NCBI GenBank assembly: GCA_965216875.1
Contig: OZ244207.1
Location: 1,600,001 to 1,664,000, forward strand
Source: Rubripirellula sp.
GTDB taxonomy: Bacteria > Planctomycetota > Planctomycetia > Pirellulales > Pirellulaceae
Length of the DNA stretch: 64,000 nucleotides
Direction of reading: 5' to 3'
Part shown: positions 39,371 through 48,410 of the stretch, piece by piece
Layout of the letters: every line of letters starts with the position of its first letter
Position numbering within the stretch: the stretch's first letter is position 1
The notes under the pieces: model-generated
The model's database searches: none
What the model was told of the DNA's origin: nothing
The model's input: the letters and a program-made list of their open reading frames with translations, nothing else
Position numbers and translations under genes: made by a program

Positions 39371-40033
39371 ATGCAAGAACCTCTATCGAGACGATGTTTG
39401 GCAGAGTTCATCAGCACCTTCATTTTGGTGTTGATCGGCTGCGGCGCAATGGCCGTCGATTTTCGGACCGGATTGTTGACACATGTCGGTGTGGCAACAG
39501 TGTGGGGGCTTGTCGTGATGGTCATGATCTACACGGTCGGCGATCTGAGCGGAGCCCACATGAACCCCGCCGTCTCCATCGCGATGGTTGTCCTTCGGCG
39601 GATGAAGGCTGTTGATGCGGGGGCCTACATTGTCGCGCAGTGTGCCGGTGCGCTCGCCGGTGCGGCCGCCATCCGTGCTGTGTTGGGTGTCGATGAAATG
39701 TTGCTTGGATCGACCAACACAAAGCTTGAGCTGCCTGTCGGCATGATGGTCGAAATGATGATGACGGCAATTCTGTTGTTTGTCGTCATCGGTGTTTCGA
39801 CCGGTGCAAAAGAAGAAGGCGTGACGGCGGGGCTGGCCGTCGGTGCCACGATCGCCATGGAGGCGTTTGTAGCGGGGCCATTGACCAAAGCGTCGATGAA
39901 TCCAGCCCGTAGTCTCGGACCCGCCGTCGTCGCGGGGGATGTCAGTCAACTTTGGATCTACATCGTTGGTCCGATTTTGGGCGGGATCATCGGAGCCCTC
40001 ATCCACACCGCCCTGCGTCCAAAGACGGACTAA
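39371..40033 (+). CDS. MIP-family channel (aquaporin)
   Basis: SGAHMNPAVS and SMNPARSLGP NPA boxes; six TM helices. Confidence 0.95.
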   Translation: MQEPLSRRCLAEFISTFILVLIGCGAMAVDFRTGLLTHVGVATVWGLVVMVMIYTVGDLSGAHMNPAVSIAMVVLRRMKAVDAGAYIVAQCAGALAGAAAIRAVLGVDEMLLGSTNTKLELPVGMMVEMMMTAILLFVVIGVSTGAKEEGVTAGLAVGATIAMEAFVAGPLTKASMNPARSLGPAVVAGDVSQLWIYIVGPILGGIIGALIHTALRPKTD

Positions 40034-40050
40034 TCCGTAAGACGAGCTAC

Positions 40051-40920
40051 GTCGGGGTGTGTGCTCGCACGGACCACAGCGCCAGTTTTCGTGAGCCGAA
40101 CGCGCTAGCGGCGTCAGGCCTTCGACCTTCGTAGCTACGCTCGCCAGAGCGTGGGGTGATGGGGAGTTGCATTGACATTGCGGGCCACCTTCTGGCGGAG
40201 GTGGCTACGGCTGGGACGGGACGCGGAGCGTCCGAGAGTTCGTTACCACGCGGAGCGTGGTAACGAGGTTGGTAGGGTGTGTGCTTGCACGCACCACACC
40301 GCCAATTTTCGTGAGCCGAACGTGCTAGCGGCGTCGGGCCTTCCACCTCCGTAGCTACGCTCGCCAGCGTGGCGTGATGGGGAGTTACCTGACATTGCGG
40401 ACCACCTTCTGGCGAAGGTAGCTACGTCTGGGACGGGACGCGGAGCGTCCGAGTGTTCGTTACCACGCGGAGCGTGGTAACGAGGTTGGTAGGGTGTGTG
40501 CTTGCACGGACCTTTCGTGAGCCGAACGCGCTAGCGGCGTCGGGCCTTCCACCTTCGTAGCTACGCTCGCCAGAGTGTGGGGTGATGGGGAGCCGCTTGA
40601 CATTGCGGACCACCTTCTGGCGAAGGTAGTTACGTCTGGGAAGGGACGCGGAGCGTCCGAGAGTTCGTTACCACGCGGAGCGTGGTAACGAGGTCGGTAG
40701 GGTGTGTGATTGCACGGACCACACCGCCAGTTTTCGTGAGCCGAACGCGCTAGCGGCGTCGGGCCTTCCACCTCCGTAGCTACGCTCGCCAGAGCGTGGG
40801 GGGATGGGGAGTTGCATTGACATTGCGGACCACCTTCAGGTGAAGGTAGCTACGTCTGGGAAGGGACACGGAGCGCTCGAGAGTTCGTTACCACGCGTAG
40901 CGTGGTAACGAGGTCGGTAG
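40051..40920. repeat. Tandem array of four ~215 bp units, each a mosaic of REP-like palindromes (BIME-like)
   Basis: Units start at 40051, 40272, 40489 and 40697 (221/217/208/220 bp), with a fifth GTAG at 40917. Order in each unit: A, B, C forward, C reverse, D hairpins. Confidence 0.95.
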
Positions 40921-41163
40921 TGGTATTTCGCGAACCGCGATCGCGTGAGCGACCAGGCCTTGCACTCAATTACACGAAATGCGAACGCGTCAGGCGGAGC
41001 ATGACCTATAAAGAGGTCTGGTTGTAGCGGTATCAAGGCTTGCGCCTGTCGTGAGGTGAAACGGACTTCGATTTGATTGGGCATGTTTCATGGGTCGATC
41101 AAAAAAGACGAGCTGCATTCTCGTTTTGCTGCAGCGACCTCCCAATCAACCCGAAGCACGCCC

Positions 41164-44022
41164 ATGTCGAGCGACACCGTCGAGGAAGATGTGCAAGAGC
41201 GCACGCCAAATCTGGCGCGCGACGTCTCTGCGATCGCTCTTGCTGCGCTCACGCTGTTTCTCACGATCGCGGTGGTCACGCGGAGTGCTGCAGATCCGAT
41301 CGCCGAGCCGCTTTGGCCGCTGAGCAGTTTGTATAGCCCGGACGTTGTGACTTTTCCGGCCAACGATTCGATCACCAATGCCTGTGGTTATTGGGGCGCG
41401 TTGATCAGTTCGGCGATGTTTGATGGTCTCGGCATTGCCACCGCACTGGTGATCGCGGCTCTGGGCGGGTGTGCGGTCGCGCTGCTCTTTCGAGGCGAGA
41501 TTCAGGCCCCTGTCTTGCGTTCGCTTGGTGGAACGGTCCTCGTGGTCGCAGTGGCGACGGCCGCTGGGCTGACGCAGATTCCGATTGAAGGGATGCCCGT
41601 CGTCGGCAACGGCGGGTACCTCGGTTCGATGACTTCGGGTTGGCTGCTCGAACATTTTGCGCCGGCAGGTGCGTGGATTCTGACGCTTAGCGTGTTGGCG
41701 GTCGGCCTTTTGATGACCACCGACTACGCACTTCTGTACGCCGGACGCGCGATTGTCGCCGGCGGCGCCAATGCGTCCAAACGGGGCATGGCCAAGGCCA
41801 AGGGGGCGCTACCAGCACGACGACGTCGCGAGCCATTTACCGACCTTGAGCAACCGATCACGATCGATGGCGACCAAGAAGGCGAGGACGCAGACGAGGT
41901 TGACGGCGACGACGAAGAGGAAGCGGTTGAAAGCGAACCAATGATCAAGGTCCGCCAACCACGACGTCCAAAGTCCGAGGAAGAGCTCTCGGACGAAGGT
42001 GACGAGGCTGCACTCGAGGAGGAGGAAGAATACGACGCCGAAGCGGAATACGACGAAGACGTCGAGGACTTTGAAGAAGACGAGGACGAACCGTCAGTTG
42101 TTCGCGAACTGGAAGTCGACGAAGAGCAGGTCACGCTCCGCAAAGACGCCGGCCATGAAGTGCGTCAACCTCGCGTCAAAGCACCACGCCAAAAGGCTAA
42201 GCCTGATCCTCGCGATGAACTCTATGACAACGTGCGCGAGGCGGCACCGGCTGGTAGCGAAGACTATCAACTTCCAAGTATCGAGTTATTAACCCCAAGC
42301 GATGACATCTGCTATGAGGAACAGCTGAGTGAGGTTCGTCGCAAGGCTCACATTTTGGAAGAGACGTTCAAGAATTTTGGTTTCAACATTCGCGTCGTTG
42401 AAATTGAAACAGGCCCTGTGATCGCACAGTACGAAGTCGAGCTCGAAGCCGGCTTGCGTCTGAGTAAGATCACGGGCTTGGCCGATGACCTTGCGATCGC
42501 GCTGCGCGTGCCAAGTGTTCGGATCGTCGCACCGATTCCGGGAAAGAATACCGTTGGGATCGAAGTTCCAAACGAAACACGCCAAGTTGTTCGGCTGCGC
42601 GATGTGATCGAAGAGTCTGATACCAAGACTGCGAAGATGAACATTCCGGTCTTTCTGGGCAAGGACGTCTCGGGCAATCCGATGGTCGTCGACCTGGCCA
42701 AAATGCCTCACCTCTTGATCGCTGGTCGAACCGGTACCGGTAAGAGTGTTTGTTTGAACGCGATCATCACATCGGTATTGATGTGCTGCCGACCCGACGA
42801 AGTGCGGATGTTGATGATCGACCCCAAGATGGTCGAACTGAGTGGCTACGGTCGATTGCCTCACTTGATGCACCCAGTCATCACTGACATGAAGAAGGCC
42901 GAGGCGATCCTCGCGTGGGCTGTCGAAAAGATGGAAGAACGCTATTCGCTCTTGGCGAAAGTGGGCGTGCGGCACATCAACAGCTTCAACGACTTGGGTC
43001 GCGAGGAGATCCTTCGCCGGCTCGAAGTTGACGAAGAAGATGGACCTTCCGACGTTCCCGACAAGCTTCCCTTTATTGTCATCGTTGCCGACGAAATGGC
43101 TGACTTGATGATGACGGCCGGCAAAGACGTCGAGCAGCACATCATTCGATTGGCTCAAAAGAGTCGTGCGGTCGGGATTCACTTGATCCTTGCGACGCAG
43201 AAACCGACGGTCGATGTCATCACGGGCCTGATCAAGAGTAACCTTCCCGCGCGTTTGAGTTTTCAGGTCGCAAGTAAAACCGATAGTCGCGTCGTGCTCG
43301 ATGAAAATGGTGCCGACAAGTTGCTTGGCAATGGCGACATGCTCTTCCTCTGGCCGGGAACGAGCACGCTGATTCGCGGGCAGGGCACGTTCCTGTCGGA
43401 TGAAGAAATCGACACCGTGGTCGATCGCTGCAGCATCGGCGAGCAGAACTTTGTCGGCGAGCTGATGAACTTGAAAGTCACCGAGGAAGGTGAAGGTGGT
43501 GATGGCACCACGATGGAGCAGATCAAGAAACGCGATGAACTGTACGACAGTGCCATTGAGGTTGTGATTCGCGAAGGTCGTGGGTCCTGTTCATTGCTGC
43601 AACGGTGCCTCGGCATCGGTTACGGTCGCGCCGCGAAATTGATCGATTTCATGGCCGAGGATGGAATCGTCGGGCAATACAACGGCAGCAAGGCGCGCGA
43701 AGTGTTGATGACCATGGCCCAATGGCAAACGATGCAGGGGCTCGAAGTCGACGAGGAAGAAGAGGAGGGCGAGGAGGCTGTCGTCGACGCGCCCGAACCG
43801 CCAGCTCCGCCGCCACCCAAGGCGAAGGCGCCCAAGCCAATCAAGGCGGCTGTAAAGGCAGCACCCGTTGTAGAGGAAGTGGTCGACGACGAAGAGGAGT
43901 ACGAAGAAGAAGAATACGAAGAGGAAGAGTACGAGGAAGAAGATCCGAACGCCGAGTACGAAGAGGAAGACTACGACGACGAGGAGTATGAAGACTACGA
44001 AGAGTACGAGGACGCAACGTAG
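41164..44022 (+). CDS. ftsK: DNA translocase FtsK/SpoIIIE
   Basis: N-terminal TM domain; acidic linker; GPVIAQYE, RIVAPIPGKNTVGIEVPN, PHLLIAGRTGTGKS (Walker A), IVADEMADLMM, LATQKP, GADKLLGNGDML; gamma domain LGIGYGRAAKLID. Confidence 0.97.
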   Translation: MSSDTVEEDVQERTPNLARDVSAIALAALTLFLTIAVVTRSAADPIAEPLWPLSSLYSPDVVTFPANDSITNACGYWGALISSAMFDGLGIATALVIAALGGCAVALLFRGEIQAPVLRSLGGTVLVVAVATAAGLTQIPIEGMPVVGNGGYLGSMTSGWLLEHFAPAGAWILTLSVLAVGLLMTTDYALLYAGRAIVAGGANASKRGMAKAKGALPARRRREPFTDLEQPITIDGDQEGEDADEVDGDDEEEAVESEPMIKVRQPRRPKSEEELSDEGDEAALEEEEEYDAEAEYDEDVEDFEEDEDEPSVVRELEVDEEQVTLRKDAGHEVRQPRVKAPRQKAKPDPRDELYDNVREAAPAGSEDYQLPSIELLTPSDDICYEEQLSEVRRKAHILEETFKNFGFNIRVVEIETGPVIAQYEVELEAGLRLSKITGLADDLAIALRVPSVRIVAPIPGKNTVGIEVPNETRQVVRLRDVIEESDTKTAKMNIPVFLGKDVSGNPMVVDLAKMPHLLIAGRTGTGKSVCLNAIITSVLMCCRPDEVRMLMIDPKMVELSGYGRLPHLMHPVITDMKKAEAILAWAVEKMEERYSLLAKVGVRHINSFNDLGREEILRRLEVDEEDGPSDVPDKLPFIVIVADEMADLMMTAGKDVEQHIIRLAQKSRAVGIHLILATQKPTVDVITGLIKSNLPARLSFQVASKTDSRVVLDENGADKLLGNGDMLFLWPGTSTLIRGQGTFLSDEEIDTVVDRCSIGEQNFVGELMNLKVTEEGEGGDGTTMEQIKKRDELYDSAIEVVIREGRGSCSLLQRCLGIGYGRAAKLIDFMAEDGIVGQYNGSKAREVLMTMAQWQTMQGLEVDEEEEEGEEAVVDAPEPPAPPPPKAKAPKPIKAAVKAAPVVEEVVDDEEEYEEEEYEEEEYEEEDPNAEYEEEDYDDEEYEDYEEYEDAT

Positions 44023-44132
44023 GCCAGATCAAAGAGCGACAGCGTAGGCCGGATCAAGGAGCGACAGCGTAGGCCAGATCAAAGAGCGACAGCGTAGGCC
44101 GGATCAAGGAGCGACAGCGACGCAGATCCGGC
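44019..44132 (+). repeat. Four 25 bp tandem copies of a REP head, the last one a complete hairpin
   Basis: GTAGGCC(A/G)GATCAA(A/G)GAGCGACAGC at 44019, 44044, 44069 and 44094; the last continues GACGCAGATCCGGC. Confidence 0.9.
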
Positions 44133-44154
44133 GTCTGAACACGTTGGCCTCAAC

Positions 44155-44229
44155 GTAGCTACCTTCGCCAGAAGGTGGGCGCTCTTGTGACCGGTCCTCA
44201 AACATCCACGCTCTGGCGAGCGTAGCTAC
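44155..44229. repeat. REP-like family C inverted pair
   Basis: GTAGCTACCTTCGCCAGAAGGTGG ... CCACGCTCTGGCGAGCGTAGCTAC. Confidence 0.9.
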
Positions 44230-44275
44230 GGGTCCGGTCCTCGGTGCATTTTGAGTCCGCAGCTACGGCAATCGT

Positions 44276-45034
44276 CTACCGACCTTCTCTGAGGCGGTAG
44301 CCAAGAAAATTGTCGAGTTCCGGTTCGGCCTCGATCTTGGCGACGACCGATTCGATGTCGTATTCCACGCGACGGTATTCGACCGTTTGCTCGTTGTAAA
44401 TCACGTAGCAGCTTCGAGGATCGCCGTCTCGCGGCTGCCCGACGCTGCCGACATTGATCATCAGCTTTTGGCTGGCGTCTGAAACGTCGTAGCCGCTACC
44501 GGTGTCGACAGGCCGCACGAAACGCAGGTCCGGCGTGAAAACGCCCGGCACGTGGGTGTGGCCTTGGAAGCAGATGTGCGGCACCATTGAGAAGAGCTTT
44601 TCGATCTTCTTGCCGTTCTGGGTGTCTTCGGGAAAGACGTATTCGTTGGTAGGTCCGCGTGGCGACCCGTGCACGAACAGGACACTTCCTTCACGAGTCA
44701 TGCGTGGCAAGCTGCAGATAAACTCCATACGCTTTCGACTCGCCTCGGGACCGTCACGACCGCATTCGAGTTGTGATCGCGTCCAAAAGATCGCCTGCTC
44801 AGCAGCCACGTTGAATCCTTCTGGATCAAACAGGGCGCTGCTGTCGTGGTTGCCGAGGATGCAAAAATCGAATTCCATCACCTTGTCTAAACAAGCACAA
44901 GGGTCGGGACCGTAACCGATCACGTCGCCGAGGCAGACGATTCGGTCAACGGATTGCGCGGCAATGTCTGCCAACACCGCTTCGAGGGCGGTCAGGTTGC
45001 CGTGAATATCACTGATGATGGCGATGCGCGTCAC
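44276..45034 (-). CDS. Metallophosphoesterase (calcineurin-like), paralog 2
   Basis: SDIHGN, CLGDVIGYG, GNHD, VHGSP, GHTH, NVGSVGQPRDG. Confidence 0.93.
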   Translation of the reverse strand: MTRIAIISDIHGNLTALEAVLADIAAQSVDRIVCLGDVIGYGPDPCACLDKVMEFDFCILGNHDSSALFDPEGFNVAAEQAIFWTRSQLECGRDGPEASRKRMEFICSLPRMTREGSVLFVHGSPRGPTNEYVFPEDTQNGKKIEKLFSMVPHICFQGHTHVPGVFTPDLRFVRPVDTGSGYDVSDASQKLMINVGSVGQPRDGDPRSCYVIYNEQTVEYRRVEYDIESVVAKIEAEPELDNFLGYRLREGR

Positions 45035-45064
45035 GCCGAAAGCCCGACGAAAGAAAGGGAACGA

Positions 45065-45823
45065 TTAGCGTCCGTGTTTTAGCCGATCGCCCAGCCCGTC
45101 CGAAAGGTCGGGGACGTCGTAAATCTTTTGAGCAGTCTTGTCACGGTCATAATCGACACGTCGATAGGTGATCGTCTTGGCATCCATATCCAAAACGACA
45201 TAGCAAGAACGATTGTCTTCATCGCGCGGTTGACCAACGCTACCGACGTTGACCAACACCTTCTCGCTGCCAAGCTGATAGAAGCTGTCACATTCTTCGG
45301 GCGACAGGAACTCGCAATCGGTCGTGAAGACACCTGGCAGGTGTGTGTGGCCCATGAAGCAATACTGCTGGACCTTGCCGAACAAGATTTCCATCTTGCG
45401 TTGATCGAACACGTACTCGGGGAAGACGTATTCGTTGGTGGGATCTCGCGGCGATCCATGCACAAACTTGAAGTCGCCCTCGTCGACGTAGCGTGGGAGT
45501 TCGCCCAAGAAGTCCCAGCGTTTGTTGACTTGGACGGGGGTTCCCGGTCCGTTGTCGAGTTGATCGCGAGTCCAGTAGATCGCTTGCAACGCCATCGGGT
45601 TGAAGCCATCCGGATCAAACAGAGCGGCCTGGTCGTGGTTGCCAAGGATGGTGACCCGGGCGTTCTTCATCACCTCATCCAGGCACTCGCACGGATTGGG
45701 GCCATAACCGATGATGTCGCCGAGGCAATAAATGTCGTCGACTTCTTGACTGCGAGCATCATCCAGCACTGCCAAAAGCGCCTCGAGGTTGCCATGGATG
45801 TCGCTGATCAACGCTCGCTTCAC
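45065..45823 (-). CDS. Metallophosphoesterase (calcineurin-like), paralog 1
   Basis: SDIHGN, CLGDIIGYG, GNHD, VHGSP, GHTH, NVGSVGQPRD. Probable GTG start at 45823. Confidence 0.93.
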   Translation of the reverse strand: MKRALISDIHGNLEALLAVLDDARSQEVDDIYCLGDIIGYGPNPCECLDEVMKNARVTILGNHDQAALFDPDGFNPMALQAIYWTRDQLDNGPGTPVQVNKRWDFLGELPRYVDEGDFKFVHGSPRDPTNEYVFPEYVFDQRKMEILFGKVQQYCFMGHTHLPGVFTTDCEFLSPEECDSFYQLGSEKVLVNVGSVGQPRDEDNRSCYVVLDMDAKTITYRRVDYDRDKTAQKIYDVPDLSDGLGDRLKHGR

Positions 45824-46014
45824 AGGAAGATTCCTAAATTGGACGGCCGCTAGACCGCAATCTTTTCGAGGGGAACAATATCGGATCACCTAGACCTGCA
45901 ACGGCGGAAGACCATACTTGTCCACCTGAGTGTTGCCCGGTTCACGCGTCCGTTGAGGTCGAATTGTAAGGGGAATCAAAAATTCACAGCAATCCCACGA
46001 AACCAGAAGATTCC

Positions 46015-46752
46015 GTGATCCAGCCTCCTGCCCTTACTCAGGATACAGTCCACCTGGCGTTGGAGACGACCGGACGGACTGGTTCTGTCGCACTTTTCAA
46101 GGGTGAGACGGTATTGCGTCAAGCCGTTTTGGACGGATCAACGCGCACCGCAGCCTCTTTGGGGCCGGAAATCGACCAAACCCTCAGGTGGTGCGGCGAT
46201 TCGGGGCACCAGCTTGCTTTCCTGAGCGTTGCCGATGGTCCAGGCTCGTTCACCGGACTACGAATCGGTGTGACGACGGCAAAGACTTTAAGTTATGCGC
46301 TCGGTTTGCCTTTGATTGGCGTCGATTCGCTCGCCGCAATCGCCGCAACCGCCCTCCAAAGTCGTCCCGAGCTGGGTTCGATCGAAGTTGTCACCAACGC
46401 CTACCGCGGTCAAGTTTTCTACGGCAGCTTCGAACGTGAAACACTTCTGCCCGCCGCCGGCGCCGACTCAATTCCCAGCGGTTGGACTGCCTACCCCGAA
46501 TCAGTACGGGTACTCGACAAGGACCAGTGGCAGGAAAAAAGGCAGGCGATCGATGGTGGCCCGATGGCCGGTGATGCTGCGCCGCTTGGCGATCTTGCCG
46601 ATCGTTTGATTGTTCGTGAGTGTGACGCGGTCGGCGTGGGGCTGCTCGGATGGCGAGCGGCCTGGGCTGGGCAGTGGGCCGACGCTTTCGAGATGGTCCC
46701 GCGATACCTCAAGCCAAGTGCTGCCGAAGAGAAGGCTGCCGAGAAAGCGTAG
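46015..46752 (+). CDS. tsaB: tRNA threonylcarbamoyladenosine biosynthesis protein TsaB
   Basis: LALETTG..SVAL, GPGSFTGLRIGVTTAKTL, P-YLKPSAAEEK C-terminus. Confidence 0.93.
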   Translation: MIQPPALTQDTVHLALETTGRTGSVALFKGETVLRQAVLDGSTRTAASLGPEIDQTLRWCGDSGHQLAFLSVADGPGSFTGLRIGVTTAKTLSYALGLPLIGVDSLAAIAATALQSRPELGSIEVVTNAYRGQVFYGSFERETLLPAAGADSIPSGWTAYPESVRVLDKDQWQEKRQAIDGGPMAGDAAPLGDLADRLIVRECDAVGVGLLGWRAAWAGQWADAFEMVPRYLKPSAAEEKAAEKA

Positions 46753-46875
46753 GCTCTGGCCAACGCGCCTCGACCGTAAGCGACTGTCGGTCGAGGCTGG
46801 CAGGAGTGGAGCACATGCAGAGCTGAGCGCTCTGGCTGGGTCAACGTGCCCCTGGAGAATCAAACCCGTCGTCGA

Positions 46876-47178
46876 TTAGGCCGCAGCCGCTTCGACAGGG
46901 GCTTGCATGGAAATCGAAACGCTTTCGCGCCGAATTCCGTCGCTTCCGTAGTAGATCAGCGTGTTCTTGGTGAAGTCGCAAATTGCGGTCAGTTTGACAC
47001 TACGAGGTCCGTGAACGCAAAAGTAGACGCCACAGGCTTTACCGCCGCGGATCACTTCTCGTTGTGTCATGGGGAATTGTTGAGGTTCGAGGTGGCCGAG
47101 TTCGCATAAGCGTTTTTCGACCTTGTGGCATAGGGTATGAAAATCGATTTTCCGTGGTGCCAAAGCGATCATAAGCAT
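46876..47178 (-). CDS. Small hypothetical protein
   Basis: About 100 aa; LCELGHLEPQQFPMTQREVIRGGKACGVYFCVHGPRSVKLTAI. Protein-like composition and an AT-richer upstream region; exact start uncertain. Confidence 0.75.
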   Translation of the reverse strand: MLMIALAPRKIDFHTLCHKVEKRLCELGHLEPQQFPMTQREVIRGGKACGVYFCVHGPRSVKLTAICDFTKNTLIYYGSDGIRRESVSISMQAPVEAAAA

Positions 47179-47516
47179 CCGTGAAAAATACGCCAAAGCT
47201 GGGTCGCTGGGTCGCGCGCAGGGGTTGCCGCATGGACTGCAGGGGTGCAAGTCTCGTTCGGCCTAAAACATCAACCCATGGAAAGCGTTTGACTTGGAAA
47301 CAGGGGTTGGCAAATCAAGAATTTCAAGCGCCGACAACATCCTCTTGTCGCGCCGGCCAGGCAATTGCGGTTGCCCGGCTGTGTGGATATCGGAAACCTT
47401 GCCGCCGAAAATTAGTTCCCTAAAAAGTCTATAGTTCGCAAACTGACATTCTTGGCAAGGCGTACCGGTTTTGCGGCTTCGACTTACTGGGAAAGCAATT
47501 CCTAAAGTCCATCCAA

Positions 47517-47678
47517 GTAGGGTGTGTGCTCGCACGCACCAATTTGCAAGGAAGGCCCGCGCGTGCGAGCACGCGTTAAATACGAGAGCCTGTGGGTGCG
47601 AGCACGCGCAAAAAGAAGAGCCCATGCGTGCGAGCACGCGCCAATGGAAGAGCTGGTGCGTGCAAGCACGCACCCTAC
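47517..47678. repeat. REP-like family A inverted pair enclosing three partial copies
   Basis: GTAGGGTGTGTGCTCGCACGCACC ... three x GTGCGAGCACGCG ... GGTGCGTGCAAGCACGCACCCTAC. Confidence 0.88.
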
Positions 47679-47679
47679 G

Positions 47680-48333
47680 TTAGTGCTTGAGCAGCGGTTT
47701 GCGGTCGGCTTTGGTGATCCGCTCGAAGATGTCGGTCAGGATCGCTTGTTCAAGGGAAGCGTCCCGGCCGAGCGGGATCCAGCCGAGGGTTTGTGGTGAA
47801 TCCTTGGGGCCATCGTCACGGCGCAAGAGCGTGCCGTCGTGGCGCCGTGCCGAGCTGTATTCCGTCGCATATTGACTGCGATCGGTGTCCTCGAGATCTT
47901 TCTGAACGATCACCTCAACCGTATAGGCTGCGCCCATCGGTCGCACGGTCACGATCGCTCGGCGGCGAATCGATTGCAGGGTGCTTTGAAGCCGTTCAAA
48001 TCCCTTGGTGCTGTCTTTGCGCCAAGGTTCCGCCAGCGACGCACCGGGCAAGTAAACGGTTTCGATTCGGCCATCCAGTAGGATGCCGTCCGAATTCTGA
48101 ACCGGCTGCTCTTTGGCGATGCGAAAGTAATCGTCAACGGTGTCGACGACTTGAGACCAAACGAAGTCGTCGGGAAGCGGTGGTAGCTCAAGCGGGTTGG
48201 GAACGAAATGCTCGGGGGCGCGATTCTTGAGCCGGTAGCGTAATTGCCCGCAGCCCATCGTTCCCAGTAACGTCGACGACAAACAAACGGCCGTTGCAAA
48301 GAAGGCGCGGCGATTGGATCGTCGCTTGTTCAT
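47680..48333 (-). CDS. Hypothetical lipoprotein
   Basis: MNKRRSNRRAFF..LLGTMGC lipobox-like signal with a possible twin-Arg; WSQVVDTVDDYF, WIPLGRD. Confidence 0.75.
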   Translation of the reverse strand: MNKRRSNRRAFFATAVCLSSTLLGTMGCGQLRYRLKNRAPEHFVPNPLELPPLPDDFVWSQVVDTVDDYFRIAKEQPVQNSDGILLDGRIETVYLPGASLAEPWRKDSTKGFERLQSTLQSIRRRAIVTVRPMGAAYTVEVIVQKDLEDTDRSQYATEYSSARRHDGTLLRRDDGPKDSPQTLGWIPLGRDASLEQAILTDIFERITKADRKPLLKH

Positions 48334-48410
48334 CTTTGAATCATCACCTTCTTTGGGATTCGGCATCATTGCAGACGTTCGCATGGCCGCGGTTTGCGGG
48401 ACAACCGATC

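Noticed and set aside
40047..40771. Repeated small ORFs (MEGPTPLARSAHEN...) as a peptide gene family
   Set aside because: They are translations of the palindromic DNA array; indels between units break the frame.
40051..40920. CRISPR array
   Set aside because: Units are ~215 bp with conserved linkers rather than unique 30-40 bp spacers, and there are no cas genes in the window.
44019..44132. Mini-CRISPR from 25 bp repeats
   Set aside because: The repeats are head-to-tail with no spacers and are REP fragments.
47340..47480. Sigma-54 (-24/-12) promoter from TGGCA/TTGC-like words
   Set aside because: The GG-to-GC spacing is not the required 10 nt on either strand in the candidates I checked.
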